This document shows, one piece after another, positions 23,561 through 36,145 of a stretch of 64,000 nt of DNA; within the stretch, counting starts at the first letter, position 1, and each line of letters starts with the position of its first letter. A model generated the notes under the pieces. That model had not been told where the DNA came from. It was given only the letters and a program-made list of their open reading frames with translations, and made no database searches. The DNA lies in the NCBI RefSeq assembly GCF_032444005.1, contig NC_091283.1, forward strand, positions 445,904,001-445,968,000, in the 5' to 3' direction. This DNA is from Ranitomeya imitator (lineage: Eukaryota). A program made the position numbers and the translations under genes.

Positions 23561-26500
23561 CTGGAAATGGGGAAGAAATAATGAAAAACAAAAATGAGTG
23601 CACAGAAGAGAAATAATTAGCTGCAATTGGAGCAAAAATCCACTGAGCTTATACACAGCAGTTAATAGGAACAAGCAAAGCTGCTATGTAAAGCACAGAA
23701 GACAAAGCTGTAAAATAAAGAAAGCCAAGACAGGAGGGTACATTTCTGACTGCATTAGACTCCAGCAGACGTTGCAGCTAAGCTGGAGCCACTGGACAGA
23801 GCGATCCAAAGCATTGTACCTTGCCAGTGTAGGAGACCACGTTATTCCACAACACCAAAAATATATACTGGTCAGTATCCGTAGCATTAGGTGCGCTGGC
23901 CTAACCTGTACAGCCCCAAATATTGCAGGACCACTCACCTGGCTTTGGATTTCTTGCTGACTGAGCTCTCAAACGTTGAGGCGTCCACTTGGATGTCATC
24001 TTCATCTTGCAAAGCAGCTTCCAAAGCAGCCTGGACCTTGGGGGCCACAGCCGGACCCTCGTAGTCTCGGGTTGTACGACTTGGCATATCAAGTTCCAGA
24101 AGAACAATATTCTCAGCCTGTGGATATGAGAATATATTATCGACCCCTTAATCATTTCCCGATACATAGACTATTAGTTTGGTAATGTTGGATGGGACCA
24201 CTGATAGCACGTTTTGTGTACGACCATCTAAAACGGATGGCTGGAGCTCAACTGTGCCAATGTAGGACTGCGGCAACACTAAGGGTATCCAAACCTATAT
24301 ATTTAATGGGGTATTGGGTGGATGGCATTTAATAATTGCATAATGAAAGGGTCTGTAATAGATATGTTCCATCAATGTTCTCGAGATCTCCACTTGCGGT
24401 CAGTGAATGGAGACATTGATAAATAGATCCAGGGGTTATACACGGTACTCACCCTAAAGGTACGGTCACACTAGACGATATCGCTAGCGATCCGTGACGT
24501 TGCAGCGTCCTCGCTAGCGATATCGTCCAGTGTGACAGGCAGCAGCGATCAGGCCCCTGCTGTGCTGTCGCTGGTCGGGGAAGAAAGTCCAGAACTTTGT
24601 TTCGTCGCTGGACTCCCCGCAGACATCGCTGAATCGGCGTGTGTGACACCGATTCAGCGATGTCTTTGCTGGTAACCAGGGTAAACATCGGGTAACTAAG
24701 CGCAGGGCCGCGCTTAGTAGCCCGATGTTTACCCTGGTTACCATCCTAAAAGTAAAAAAACAAACACTACATACTTACCTACCGCTGTCTGTCCTCCAGC
24801 GCTGTGCTCTGCTCTCCTCCTGCTCTGGCTGTGAGCGTCGGTCAGCCGGAAAGCAGAGCGGTGACGTCACAGCCAGACCAGAGAAGCAGAGCGCCGAGGA
24901 CAGACAGCGGTAGGTAAGTATGTAGCATTTGTTTTTTTACTTTTTAGGATGGTAACCAGGGTAAACATCGGGTTACTAAGCGCGGCCCTGCGCTTAGTTA
25001 CCCGATGTTTACCCTGGTTACCGGGGACCTCGGGATCGTTGGTCGCTGGAGAGCTGTCTGTGTGACAGCTCTCCAGCGACCAAACAGCGACGCTGCAGCG
25101 ATCCGGATCGTTGTCGGTATCGCTGCAGCGTCGCTATGTGTGACGGTACCTTTAGGCTGCCGTCCACTAGCAGTATTTGGTCAGTATTTTACCTCAGTAT
25201 TTGTAAGCCAAAACCAGGAGTGGGTGATAAATGCAGAAGTGGTGCATATGTTTCTATTATACTTTTCCTCTATTTGTTCTACTCCTGGTTTTGGCTACAA
25301 ATACTGATGTAAAATACTGACCTAATATTGCTAGTGTTACGGCAGCCTAAGGGTTTGTTACACATGTATCCAGCCTGTAAGCCAAGCACAAATATCACTC
25401 TTGTCCTGGGAGTTTGTAGCAATGTATCAGTGCAGGCAAAATAAATCAATGAATCTGGAGTCCAAACTTTTCACTTCATAGAGGATTGTAAAGACTGGAT
25501 GCAAGTGTCACAAACCCTCTTGCTGTGTGAAGCATTTCTGTGGAGTTTCTGCCTACAAAAGGAATTTTAACATTCAATGACAGCAAGCCTGGGATCTTAG
25601 AAACATACAAATTAAATCAGAAAAAGTGTTAGAAATTTGCAGAGTCTTAAGGTACCTTCACACATAACAATTTCGTTAACGATATCGTTGCAACGTCACG
25701 CTTTTTGTGACGTAGCAACGATCCCGCTAACGATCTCGTTATGTGTGACAGCGACCAACGATCAGGCCCCTGCTGTGAGATCGTTGGTCGCTGGGGAATG
25801 ATCAGGACCTTTTTTTTGGTCGCTGATCACCCGCTGTCATCGCCGATCCAGCGATGTTTTCACTAGTAATCAGGGTAAATATCGGGTTACTAAGCGCAGG
25901 ACCGCGCTTAATAACCCGATATTTACCCTGGTTACCATTGTAAATGTTAAAAAAAAAAAAAAACACTACATACTCACATTCTGATGTCTGTCAGGTCCCC
26001 CGGCGTGCACAGTAAAACTGCTTTCGGCTGACTGTCAGCGCCGGCCGTAAAGCAGAGCACAGCGGTGATGTCAACACTGTTACTGCCGGCGCTCACACAG
26101 TGCAGGGAAACTCTCGGCAGCAGCGCGTGCATTAGCAGCGCTCTTGCTGAAAGCAGTTTTAACCCTGTGGACGCCGGCGGGGGATGTGACAGACATCAGA
26201 ATGTGAGTATGTAGTGCTTTTTTTTTTTTTACCTTTACAATGGTAACCAGGGTAAATATCGGGTTACTAAGCGCGGCCCTGCACTTAGTAACCCGATGTT
26301 TACCCTGGTTACCCGGGTGCTGCAGGGGGACTTCGGCATCGTTGAAGACAGTTTCAACGATGCCGAAGTTTTTTCCCCTGATCGTTGGTCGCTGGAGAGA
26401 GCTGTCTGTGTGACAGCTCCCCAGCGACCACACAACGACTTACCAACGATCACGGCCAGGTCGTATCGCTGGTCGTGATCGTTGGTAAATCGTATAGTGT

Positions 26501-29500
26501 GACGGTACCTTTAGAGCAGACGAGCCCTTAAAGAAGAGCTTTTCTTACCCGGTATCTGGGGTCAGGTCTGACCATCATGGACATCTTGGCCTGGTGACAC
26601 AATGGCCTCTTGTAGCCTATGGCAGACGTGGGTCGTTTCATCATCTGCTGATTGCTATGGAGAAAAGTGCGCCATTACCAAAGATGCAGAGGGGAGGGTG
26701 TCAGAGAATTGGCGCAGGCTACGAGAGGCAGGTCACAAGTACTTACTCCAGCCTGCTGATCGGGTGAAGCTTCCACTGATCTTCCTCCTCCTCAAAATAG
26801 CAGCGGTTCATCATCTTATTTTTCTCTTCCATTGGAATGAAATTCTCAATGATCAGATGCCTGCAGCACAAGAAGAAACAGTCAGCCCCGAACATCAGCG
26901 GACCCCAATCCCGACCAAGCGGGCACTAATTTCCAAAGCAAGCGGTAAGGTCTCATTCGTTTTTCTGCAGACTATATGTGTCAGTGCAAAAATCACAGAG
27001 ACGTGTCCGTTTTTATCAGTGTCATGGACGAAAGTTACCCATACTAGTTTAAGGGTCAGTGAAAATCATGGACAGCACACGGATGGCACTGATGACTCTC
27101 GTACCATTTCTTAGTGAAAAATTATGTATGTCTGAATAAGGCCTAAAGAAGACCCCTTATCCTCAGCCCTACCCTCAGCAGCTGATGTAGCCGTACAGGG
27201 CACTTTGCCTTTTAATAGGGCATTTGTACCACGCATTATCAAGGCTGAATTGGCGGGCACAATTCTGGCCACTAAATAACTCATCAAATGCCAAAGTGAC
27301 AGATGAAGCTCCTACTGGTTGCGCTGAATGGCAGAAAAGGCCATGGGTACTTGAAAGGTGTATTCCTATCTCCAAAAGGCCTATCCAATAAATAATAATA
27401 ACAACCTCCAATTAGAAATGTAGTATAGTTCTTCTGATTAACTATGTTGCTTACCGCATGGGCAGGGCAAGGCAGCTTTTTAGGTATCCATGGTTGCGTC
27501 CACTCATATAGTTACAATTAAGCTGTAAAGCTCTGTGGAATATGTTGGCACTATATAAAGATTATTATTATTACAGTTAGCTGGCTGTTAGGCATCCATG
27601 GTTATGACCACTAACAGCTAACTGTCACTATATGAGTGATCATAACCAAAGCTACTGCAATGCCCTGTACATGGGGAAAGTGACATAGCGAATCAGAAGA
27701 ACTATACTACATTTCTAATTGGAGGTATTTTCTAATATGCTTATTATACCTACTACATATTCGGATGGTATCTTGGAAATGGGAATACCCCTTTAAAGAT
27801 GGCCATATTCCAGTACGTGTCGTATGTCAGGGTGGCATCATGTGCAGGTATTGTGGTGCCAGAGTGATGAAGAAATCTGTTCTAGCACTGTTCTCACGGA
27901 TTCACTTTGTTTTGGAAACAGAGTAAAGTGAGATGAGCTCGCAGTCGGGCAGACACTGTCTATGTATCTGCTGAGGATGACCTTAAACGACATTACAACC
28001 TCACACCATCACTTTGACATACTAGAATAGCACTTGGCAAGTGCTCACATTATTTACAGTTATGCACCAACTCCAGAGCACAGGTCTCATTAGGGAGTTC
28101 TGATCAGGGATCAACACCCCAATATCTCCATAGTTCCCATTTGGAAAATCAATGTGAAAGTCTAAAGGAGAAAGTTCAGTCACTGTCCATTCTCTCACAT
28201 ACAACACTAAACACCTATCTATAGGATAGGCAATTAATACATGATCCCTAACCTGGGCCGAAAACGAGCATCCCATATCCTCAGTGTGAATGAACCATTA
28301 ATGCGCATGTGTTACCCCACACCGCACCCTAAGGTAGCGGCAGTGTGCGTGTGTGACCATGGCTTCCATAAGGTAGCGGTAGTGTGCATGTGTGACCATA
28401 GCGTCCATAAGGTAGCGGCAGTGTGCGTGTGTGACCATGGCTTCCATAAGGTAGCGGTAGTGTGCATGTGTGACCATAGCGTCCATAAGGTAGCGGTAGT
28501 GTGCGTGTGTGACCATTGCTTCCATAAGGTAGCGGTAGTGTGCGTGTGTGACCATGGCTTCCATAAGGTAGCGGTAGTGTGCATGTGTGACCATTGCTTC
28601 CATAAGGTAGCGGTAGTGTGCATGTGTGACCATTGCTTCCATAAGGTAGCGGTAGTGTGCGTGTGTGACCATGGCTTCCATAATGCGTGTGTGACCATTG
28701 CTTCCATAAGGTAGCGGTAGTGTGCGTGTGTGACCATTGCTTCCATAAGGTAGCGGTAGTGTGCGTGTGTGACCATGGCTTCCATAAGGTAGCGGTAGTG
28801 TGCGTGTGTGACCATGGCTTCCATAAGGTAGCGGTAGTGTGCGTGTGTGACCATGGCTTCCATAAGGTAGCGGTAATGTGCGTGTGTGACCATTGCTTCC
28901 ATAAGGTAGCTGTAGTGTGCATGTGTGACCATTGCTTCCATAGTGTATTTGTTGTCAGGCAGATATATCACTTGTGCCAACTATGGTCTGACCCCAAACA
29001 CTAACTTTAATTTCAGCTCTCTGGTGAGCTCGTTCTGCGTCTGCTCCAGCTCCTGACGCTCCTTAATGTGTTCTTCCTGCAAGTCATGGATCTCGGCTTT
29101 TACAGCTTGAAGTTTAGAGAAGAGCTGGAGAACAAATGAGAAAGAATGAACTCTTTCATTGGTGCCACCATACCATGTTTCAATCATCCGTGTTGGAACT
29201 ATCGGCAAAAAAAAGCAAAGTGCAAATGGCCCTCACCTTTTTGAGCTTCTTAGTTTTGATGTCAACCTCTTGCTGTAAAGAACTGTAAGTCTCTTTGAGC
29301 TCCAGCGTCTCCTCATCTCGATTTTCCATCTCTTGCTGCATCTCTCGCTCTCGACGTTTCTAGAAAACAGACAAGTGAGACCTCTGTGCCCCCCTCTGTA
29401 GCCAAAATATTGGCTTTTTCAAGCTGATTTATTACTTGCCTGCTCAGCGATCTCATGTCTCTTCTGCTCAAGGATCTTTTGCTGCTCGTTGGTGTGGTCT

Positions 29501-31677
29501 ACAATGTTCTTTCCACCGACAAGAAGTTTACTCTCCATAGCCTGAGAGATTGACTCAAAATTAGTGTGAATTATGAAGAGTGGCCATTAGTACAAACACT
29601 AAGGTACCCTACATTTGGCATCCTGCAACCATGAAAGGACCACAATCAATAGAATTAGTGTGTGGAGCTTTGATTAAACCCAGAAGGACGATGAGGACCA
29701 GTGAAGAAGATGGACACTAGGCAGTGTGATAGACAATGACTGGAAAGGGAACAAGATCTTGTAACATGACCAAGCATTTAAGCCACCAATAGGCTTTCTG
29801 CAACTAAGAAAAATAAAATATTGAAAGAACCAATGACCAGCCCAATTAATTATCATCAGTTATGATCAGAGAACTCTGTCCTCTTGGCATAACATAAGTA
29901 GTGAATGGTACTATCGAGAAATGAAAGGTAATGACGTGATACAAAAGGGTGAAATCAAAAACATCTTGTATGACCCTTTCCAAAAAGTGAGTGAGAAATA
30001 TTCATTGTCCTTTAGAGAACTACCACACCATTGGCCACAAATTTTGCGTTTGTTGGGTAGGGGCTTGTGAGATCTAAGGCAGCTCCTGGGATGGGTATTT
30101 AATCTACACTAAGTTGACCCTAGTGGGCACAAGACACACAGTCAATACGAGGTCATGAACACTTCCAACTACTGATACTATTGTTACTGTATCAAGAACA
30201 GAAGAACTCACCAGAATGAAGTTCTCTATGACAAGTTAGGAGGCGACGTTAAAAAAAAAAAAAAAAAAAAAAAAAGTCCTTTTACCTTCACTTTAGCTGT
30301 CAGCATTTCCATAGCTTCCTTCTCTCTTCTTAGGTCATCCATCTTCCGTTCCTTCTCCTGTAGGAGTTTCAGTTTTTCCTCTGCAACCAGACTGTGGTCT
30401 TCAATAATGGCCTTTTTCTCAATTTCCAGCTTCTCCTGCTGCTCCCGCCAATAGTCTTCTTTATCCTCCACCTCATCCTCTCCTTCACAAGAATCTCCAT
30501 CTTCATCGTCCTCCCCCGCGCCAAATCTTCTTTTTCCCCTTTTGTGTCTTTTACCCACAACCCTTTTCTCCAGCTGGGCCTTGAGCCTTGCGATCTCTTC
30601 TTGGAATTCCCTTAATAATGCATCTTTAGGGTCTTCATTCACTCTAGGCTTGTTCTTGATGTTTTTGGCACGGTTGGAGTAACGTAGAGTGGTCAGTGTC
30701 TCCTCAACGTTATATGAGGCAGGGCCAATATTTGCCACCATGACCGTTTTGGCATTGCCGCCCAAAGAGTCTTGCAATAATCTGGTAAGTTTGGAATCTC
30801 TGTATGGTATGTGGGTGCTCTTTCCATCTACGAGGGCAGAAATCACATTTCCTAGTGCGGAGAGGGACAGGTTAATCTTAGTAGCCTCTTTGAGCCTTTC
30901 CCCTTGGGCTCCGGTCTTTGTTTGCCGTTCACTTCCGGCCAAGTCTACTAGATTCAACTTTCCCACGCGGATATGATTTTCACCGTCTAACCCGAGCTCG
31001 CTGCACTCAATGGTAATCATGAAGATGGCATGTGAACGGGAACTGTGCTCATTCATATTCGTTGAGCCAACCGAGCGGTTCTGGTTCCCCACGTTCATCA
31101 CGTGTTCAATCTCTTTCACACTCTTGGTGACAAAAGAAGACAGGTCCTTCACGTAGACGCCTGTGTCTGGTCTTTCTTTCAGCTCCAGCCGCTTAGATTG
31201 GTCTTTAGAGAGAAGATCTCTGATCTCCTCTTGATAGATCTCTAGGTATGAAGCTCTCACAAGGTACTGTTGGTTCTGGGACCTTGAAATGTGAGTGAAG
31301 ATGTGATCAAATGAGTTTGGTATGACCCCCCTCTTCTCGATGTCGCCCCTTAACCCTTCCATTGTGTATGTTTTCCCGGTGCCTGTCTGGCCGTATGCAA
31401 AAATGGTTCCATTAAAGCCGAGCAAGACTGAGTCCACCAGAGGCCTGAATGTCTCATCATAAAGCTCCACCTGCTTAGAGTTACCGTCGTAGACTGCATC
31501 GAAAGTGAAGGTTTTCGGCAGCTCGTTAGAGGCTCCTTTCTGAATCCTTACGGCCACTTGACCGAGCTTAACATCCACATCGACTACTTTATCGAACCCG
31601 GCAGCTATCTCCTTGCTGTTCATGGGCCGACATCGCACCACAACTCGCACAGACTCCGAGCTCTTTAACTTAGACAT
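23470..31677 (-). CDS. KIF3B: Kinesin-like protein KIF3B (kinesin-2), spliced CDS 2226 nt, 741 aa
   Basis: Exons 31677-30286, 29541-29440, 29359-29237, 29124-29006, 26860-26747, 26654-26549, 24117-23939, 23560-23470; they join in one frame. [19 protein letters not shown]-loop [19 protein letters not shown]; C-terminus [10 protein letters not shown]. Confidence 0.97.
23939..24117 (-). CDS. KIF3B: KIF3B coding exon 7 ([22 protein letters not shown]...)
   Basis: 179 bp, AG/GT flanks. Confidence 0.95.
24458..25151. mobile_element. GGTACC-family (Harbinger-like) MITE with two internal 33-bp-arm hairpins
   Basis: TIR AGGTACGGTCACAC / GTGTGACGGTACCT. Confidence 0.85.
25155..25346. mobile_element. 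Harbinger-like MITE abutting the previous element
   Basis: GGCTGCCGT..CACTAGCAGTATT / AATATTGCTAGTGTTACGGCAGCC. Confidence 0.75.
25650..26510. mobile_element. GGTACC-family MITE
   Basis: TTA|AGGTACCTTCACAC ... GTGTGACGGTACCT|TTA. Confidence 0.85.
26549..26654 (-). CDS. KIF3B: KIF3B coding exon 6 (NQQMMKRP...PRYR)
   Basis: 106 bp, AG/GT flanks. Confidence 0.95.
26747..26860 (-). CDS. KIF3B: KIF3B coding exon 5 (HLIIENFIP...SRL)
   Basis: 114 bp, AG/GT flanks. Confidence 0.95.
27349..27797. mobile_element. Kolobok/T2-like MITE
   Basis: AAAGGTGTATTCC ... GGAATACCCCT|TTAA with the inverted internal arm CTCCAATTAGAAATGTAGTATAGTTCTTCTGATT. Confidence 0.6.
28330..28941. repeat. 39-bp minisatellite, ~15 copies (KIF3B intron)
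   Basis: AAGGTAGCGGTAGTGTGCGTGTGTGACCATGGCTTCCAT units. Confidence 0.95.
29006..29124 (-). CDS. KIF3B: KIF3B coding exon 4 (LFSKLQAVK...ELKL)
   Basis: 119 bp, AG/GT flanks. Confidence 0.95.
29237..29359 (-). CDS. KIF3B: KIF3B coding exon 3 ([11 protein letters not shown]...KLKK)
   Basis: 123 bp, AG/GT flanks. Confidence 0.95.
29440..29541 (-). CDS. KIF3B: KIF3B coding exon 2 ([10 protein letters not shown]...IAEQ), GC donor
   Basis: 102 bp; ends CAG|GCAAGT. Confidence 0.92.
30286..31677 (-). CDS. KIF3B: KIF3B coding exon 1 (motor domain and neck), 464 codons
   Basis: ATG at 31677; GT donor at 30285; upstream acceptor AG at 31740-31739. Confidence 0.97.
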
Positions 31678-32380
31678 CTTGTATTGGTTTGTTGGGTCTG
31701 GAGCGCCAGGTCACTTTACCAGTCTTCCAACTACCACCCTACAGACAAAGAAAAAGAACAAATGCAAAAAAAAGTATTACATTGTGAACCTAACTGAAGT
31801 CAATCTAGGAGTAGAGGTGTCTGCTGTGGATTCTGGCATTCCTCCATGTGATCTGGCACGTAGCGTATTACGCAGCGGCTCTGCACAACATATGTCATCT
31901 CTGTGGAGAGCAGAGCGCCTGTTCAGGTCAGTGTGCCAGCAAAGTGGGTCACAGGAGAGGAAGAGACGCTATTTCTGTTATGCTCAGAGCCTCCCATATA
32001 CTGCTACACACAGGTGCATCACTATTAAAGGGTAGGCAGTCTTAAACGCAGCTTGAAGCATTATAAATGCAGTGGATGATATCAGTGACAGCTAGGAATA
32101 TAAATGTCCCAGCACTGAAGACGTGTGACAAAGAAGCGATCCCAGAGGGAAGGATGGATTTTCTACACCACAGTGAATTCCATGATCCAGAGCTGGATCC
32201 TAGCTACTAAATGCAACACTGCCCCGGTAATCTGGCAAAGGTGCCTCATTAGCATAGATCAAAAATGGGCCAATCAGATAAAGGATCAGAGATCACGTGT
32301 CTGCACTTACAACCTATCGTTCTGGGATAAGATAAGAATACAAGGGTGTCATGTGCGATACTGACTGATCCAGAAAGCTA

Positions 32381-33680
32381 AATGTATGTACACAGACTCC
32401 ACCAGCAGAATAGTGAGTGCAGCTCTGGAGTATAATACAGGATGTAACTCAGGATCAGTACAGGATAAGTAATGTAATGTATGTACACAGTGACTCCACC
32501 AGCAGAATAGTGAGTGCAGCTCTGCAGTATAATACAGGATGTAACTCAGGATCAGTACAGGATAAGTAATGTAATGTATGTACAGTGACTCCACCAGCAG
32601 AATAGTGAGTGCAGCTCTGCAGTATAATACAGGATGTAACTCAGGATAAGTAACGTAATGTATGTACACAGTGACTCATCCAGCAGAATAGTGAGTGCAG
32701 CTCTGGGGTATAATACAGGATGTAACTCAGGATAAGTAACGTAATGTATGTACACAGTGACTCATCCAGCAGAATAGTGAGTGCAGCTCTGGGGTATAAT
32801 GCAGGATGTAACTCAGGATAAGTAACGTAATGTATGTACACAGTGACTGCACCAGCAGAATAGTGAGTGCAGCTCTGGAGTATGATACAGTATGTAACTC
32901 AGGATCAGTACAGGATAAGTAATGTAATGTATGTACACAGTGACTCCTCCAGCAGAATAGTGAGTGCAGCTCTGCAGTATAATACAGGATGTAACTCAGG
33001 ATAAGTAACGTAATGTATGTACACAGTGACTGCACCAGCAGAATAGGGAGTGCAGCTCTGGAGTATAATACAGGATGTAACTCAGGATCAGTACATGATA
33101 AGTAATGTAATGTATGTACACAGTGACTCCACCAGCAGAATAGTGAGTGCAGCTCTGGAGTATAATACAGGATGCAACTCAGGATCAGTACAGGATAAGT
33201 AATGTAATGTATGTACACAGTGACTCCTCCAGCAGAATAGTGAGTGCAGCTCTGGGGTATAATACAGGATGTAACTCAGGATTAGTATAGGATAAGTAAT
33301 GTAATGTATGTACACAGTGACTCCACCAGCAGAATAGTGAGTGCAGCTCTGGAGTATAATACAGGATGCAACTCAGGATCAGTACAGGATAAGTAATGTA
33401 ATGTATGTACACAGTGACTCCTCCAGCAGAATAGTGAGTGCAGCTCTGGGGTATAATACAGGATGTAACTCAGGATTAGTATAGGATAAGTAATGTAATG
33501 TATGTACACAGTGACTGCACCAGCAGAATAGTGAGTGCAGCTCTGGAGTATAATATAGGATGTAACTCAGGATCAGTACAGGATAAGTAATGTAATGTAT
33601 GTACACAGTGACTCCACCAGCAGATTAGTGAGTGCAGCTCTGGAGTATAATACAGGATAAGTAGTGTTATGTATGTACAC
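32381..33680. repeat. 97-bp (with 86-bp variants) satellite, ~14 copies
   Basis: CAGCAGAATAGTGAGTGCAGCTCTGGAGTATAATACAGGATGTAACTCAGG... units; ORF-track offsets of 97 and 86 nt. Confidence 0.95.
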
Positions 33681-33829
33681 ACAAAAATTAGTAATCAGTA
33701 ATAACTACTAAACAGCCACAACCTGAACCCCCACTTTATCTGCTAACTTCATTATTAAATGGTAGGCGTCATGCTCCTCCCCACCAGACCTGCACGCTCC
33801 AGGATGATACCGCTGACACGATGTATTGA

Positions 33830-34838
33830 CTATATGGTGGCCCGATTCTAACGCATCGGGTATTCTAGAATATGTATGTATATAGCAGCCACATAGTATA
33901 TAGCACAGGCCACAACATATTCTTGAATACCCTATGTGTTAATACAGGCCACACAATATATAACTGTGGCCACGCAGTATATAACACAGCCCAAACAGTA
34001 TATAACACAGCCCACATAGTATAACACTGACCACGTAGTATATAACGCAGCCCACGCAGTATATAACATTACCCACATAGTGTATAACACTGCCCACGAA
34101 GTATATAGCAGCCATGTAGTATATAACGCAGCCCACGCAGTATGTAACACAGCCCACATAGTATATAGCAATGTGGGCACTATATGCGTGGTTAAAAAAA
34201 AGACTTAAAATAAAAAATAAACATATACTCACCGTCTGAAGGCCCCTTGTAGTCCTGGCGCCTGTGTGCGGTGCACGCGGCAGCTTCTGGTCCCAGGATT
34301 GGTATGAGCGCAGGACCTGTGAAGACATCACGGTCACATGACCATGACATCATGGAAGGTCCTTCTCGCATAGCATCCTTGGCACCGGAACCTGCCGCTT
34401 GCACTGCCGAGGACAGCGCGCACGTTGGAGGGTGAGAATAACCTTTTTTTTTTTTTTTTTAATTATTATTATTTGTAACATTAGTTTTTTTTACTATTGA
34501 TGCTGCATACGTAGCATCAATAGAAAAAATTTGGTCACACAGGGTTAATAAGCTGCGTTAATGGAGTGCATTACACCATGGCATAACGCGGTCCATTAAC
34601 GCTGCCATTAACCCTGTGTGAGGGCTGACTGGAGGGGAGTATGGAGCGGGCACTGACTGCGGGGAGGAAGGAGCGGCCATTTTGCCGCCGGACTCTGCCC
34701 GTCGCTGATTGGTCGTGGCAATGGTCGTGGGCGTTTTGCCACGACCAGTCAGCGACTTGGAATTCCATGACAGACATAGGCCGCGACCAATGAATATACA
34801 GACAGACGGAAGTGACCCTTACACAATTATATAGTAGA
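33830..34838 (-). mobile_element. Non-autonomous Helitron
   Basis: On the minus strand: A|TCTACTATATAATTG at the 5' end; 3' hairpin CCCGAT-GCGTTAGA-ATCGGG then CCACCATATAG|T (CTAG in the 56620 copy); no TSD; internal ~22-bp repeats. Confidence 0.75.
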
Positions 34839-35084
34839 TCAGAGCATCTGATATACGACTACTAAAAGTCTAATAAATGTAAATTTGCATTATGGTGACT
34901 CGCTTCCCATCTTAGGTTACATGGTGTCTCGCTGCCCAGCCTTGGAGCAGTCTCATCAGGCAGGAAATACTTTACCTTTCATGCTCCTGCTTGCAATAAT
35001 GGCCTTTTGGGAGTTGAGAAAACAAAGCTGTACAGCGCATGATGTACTCAGTGCTGGACGGACCTTTGATCAGCGCTCACAATG

Positions 35085-35977
35085 ATTCTGCAAAGACGAC
35101 GCCCAGTGATTGGACTGTGACAGCACTGCTACAATCCTCATCTGCTGATCACAGGACCAACTCCTTGTCAGGGCTCTTAAAAGGCCACATATCCAAGCCC
35201 TTTCCACTTCCTGCCGACTTCAACTCAAAAATATTTCACGAATCCGTTCATTCCTCAACCAAGAATCTGCAAAAACCCTAGTCCATGCCCTCATCATCTC
35301 TCGCCTTGACTGCTGCAACCTCCTGCTCTGTGGCCTCCCCTCTAACACCCTCGCACCCCTCCAATCTATTCTAAACTCTGCTGCCCGACTAATCCACCTG
35401 TCCCCCCGCTATTCCCCGGCCTCTCCCCTCTGTCAATCCTTTCACTGGCTCCCCATTGCCCAGAGACTCCAGTACAAAAGCCTAACCATGACATACAAAG
35501 CCATCCACAACCTGTCTCCTCCATACATCTGTGACCTCGTCTCCCGGTACTTACCTACACGCAACCTCCGATCCTCACAAGATCTCCTTCTCTACTCCCC
35601 TCTTATCTCCTCTTCCCACAATCGTATACAAGATTTCTCTCGCGTATCACCCCTACCCCAACATATCAGACTCTCGCCTACCATCGAAACCTTCAAAAAG
35701 AACCTGAAGACCTACCTCTTCCGACAAGCCTATAACATGCAGTAACCACCGATCGACCAAACCGCTGCATGACCAGCTCTACCCTCGCCTACTGTATCTT
35801 CACCCATCCCTTGTAGATTGTGAGCCCTCGTCGGCAGGGTCCTCTCTCCTCCTGTACCAGTTATGACTTGTATTTTTTAAGATTATTGTACTTGTTTTTA
35901 TTATGTATACCCCCTCCTCACATGTAAAGCGCCATGGAATAAATGGCGCTATAACAATAAATAATAATAATAATAAT
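35085..35977 (+). mobile_element. L2/CR1-clade LINE 3' fragment with (AAT)n tail
   Basis: VHALIISRLDCCN..LC, LHWLPI, YKAIHNLSPPYI; L2-type 3' end AGATTGTGAGCCC...TGTAAAGCGC...(AAT)n. Confidence 0.85.
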
Positions 35978-35998
35978 ACTGCAAACAATATGAGGAAC

Positions 35999-36145
35999 CA
36001 TGAGCACAGAAAGCTCAGAGTCCGACTAATAGATTGGGGCCTGGCAGAGTTCCATCATCCTGGGCAGGAATATAATGTGAGAGTCGCCTCCAGATACTTC
36101 AAGGGTCCCGAGCTGCTCGTTGATTATCAGGTATAACAGCCTAGA
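35999..36145 (+). pseudogene. CSNK2A1: Processed fragment of casein kinase II alpha mRNA
   Basis: HEHRKLR(VR)[35 protein letters not shown], followed by a decayed ...YSLD-like segment. Confidence 0.85.

Noticed and set aside
28241-29004. Cys/His-rich ORFs resembling metal-binding proteins
   Set aside because: 39-bp minisatellite within a KIF3B intron.
30226-30285. C-terminal 20 aa of the 483-aa KIF3B ORF (VKGLFFFF...)
   Set aside because: Read-through into the intron past the GT donor at 30285.
35903-36136. A functional CK2-alpha gene or exon
   Set aside because: Only a ~150-bp fragment with an insertion and a substitution; no acceptor and no other CK2 exons in the window.
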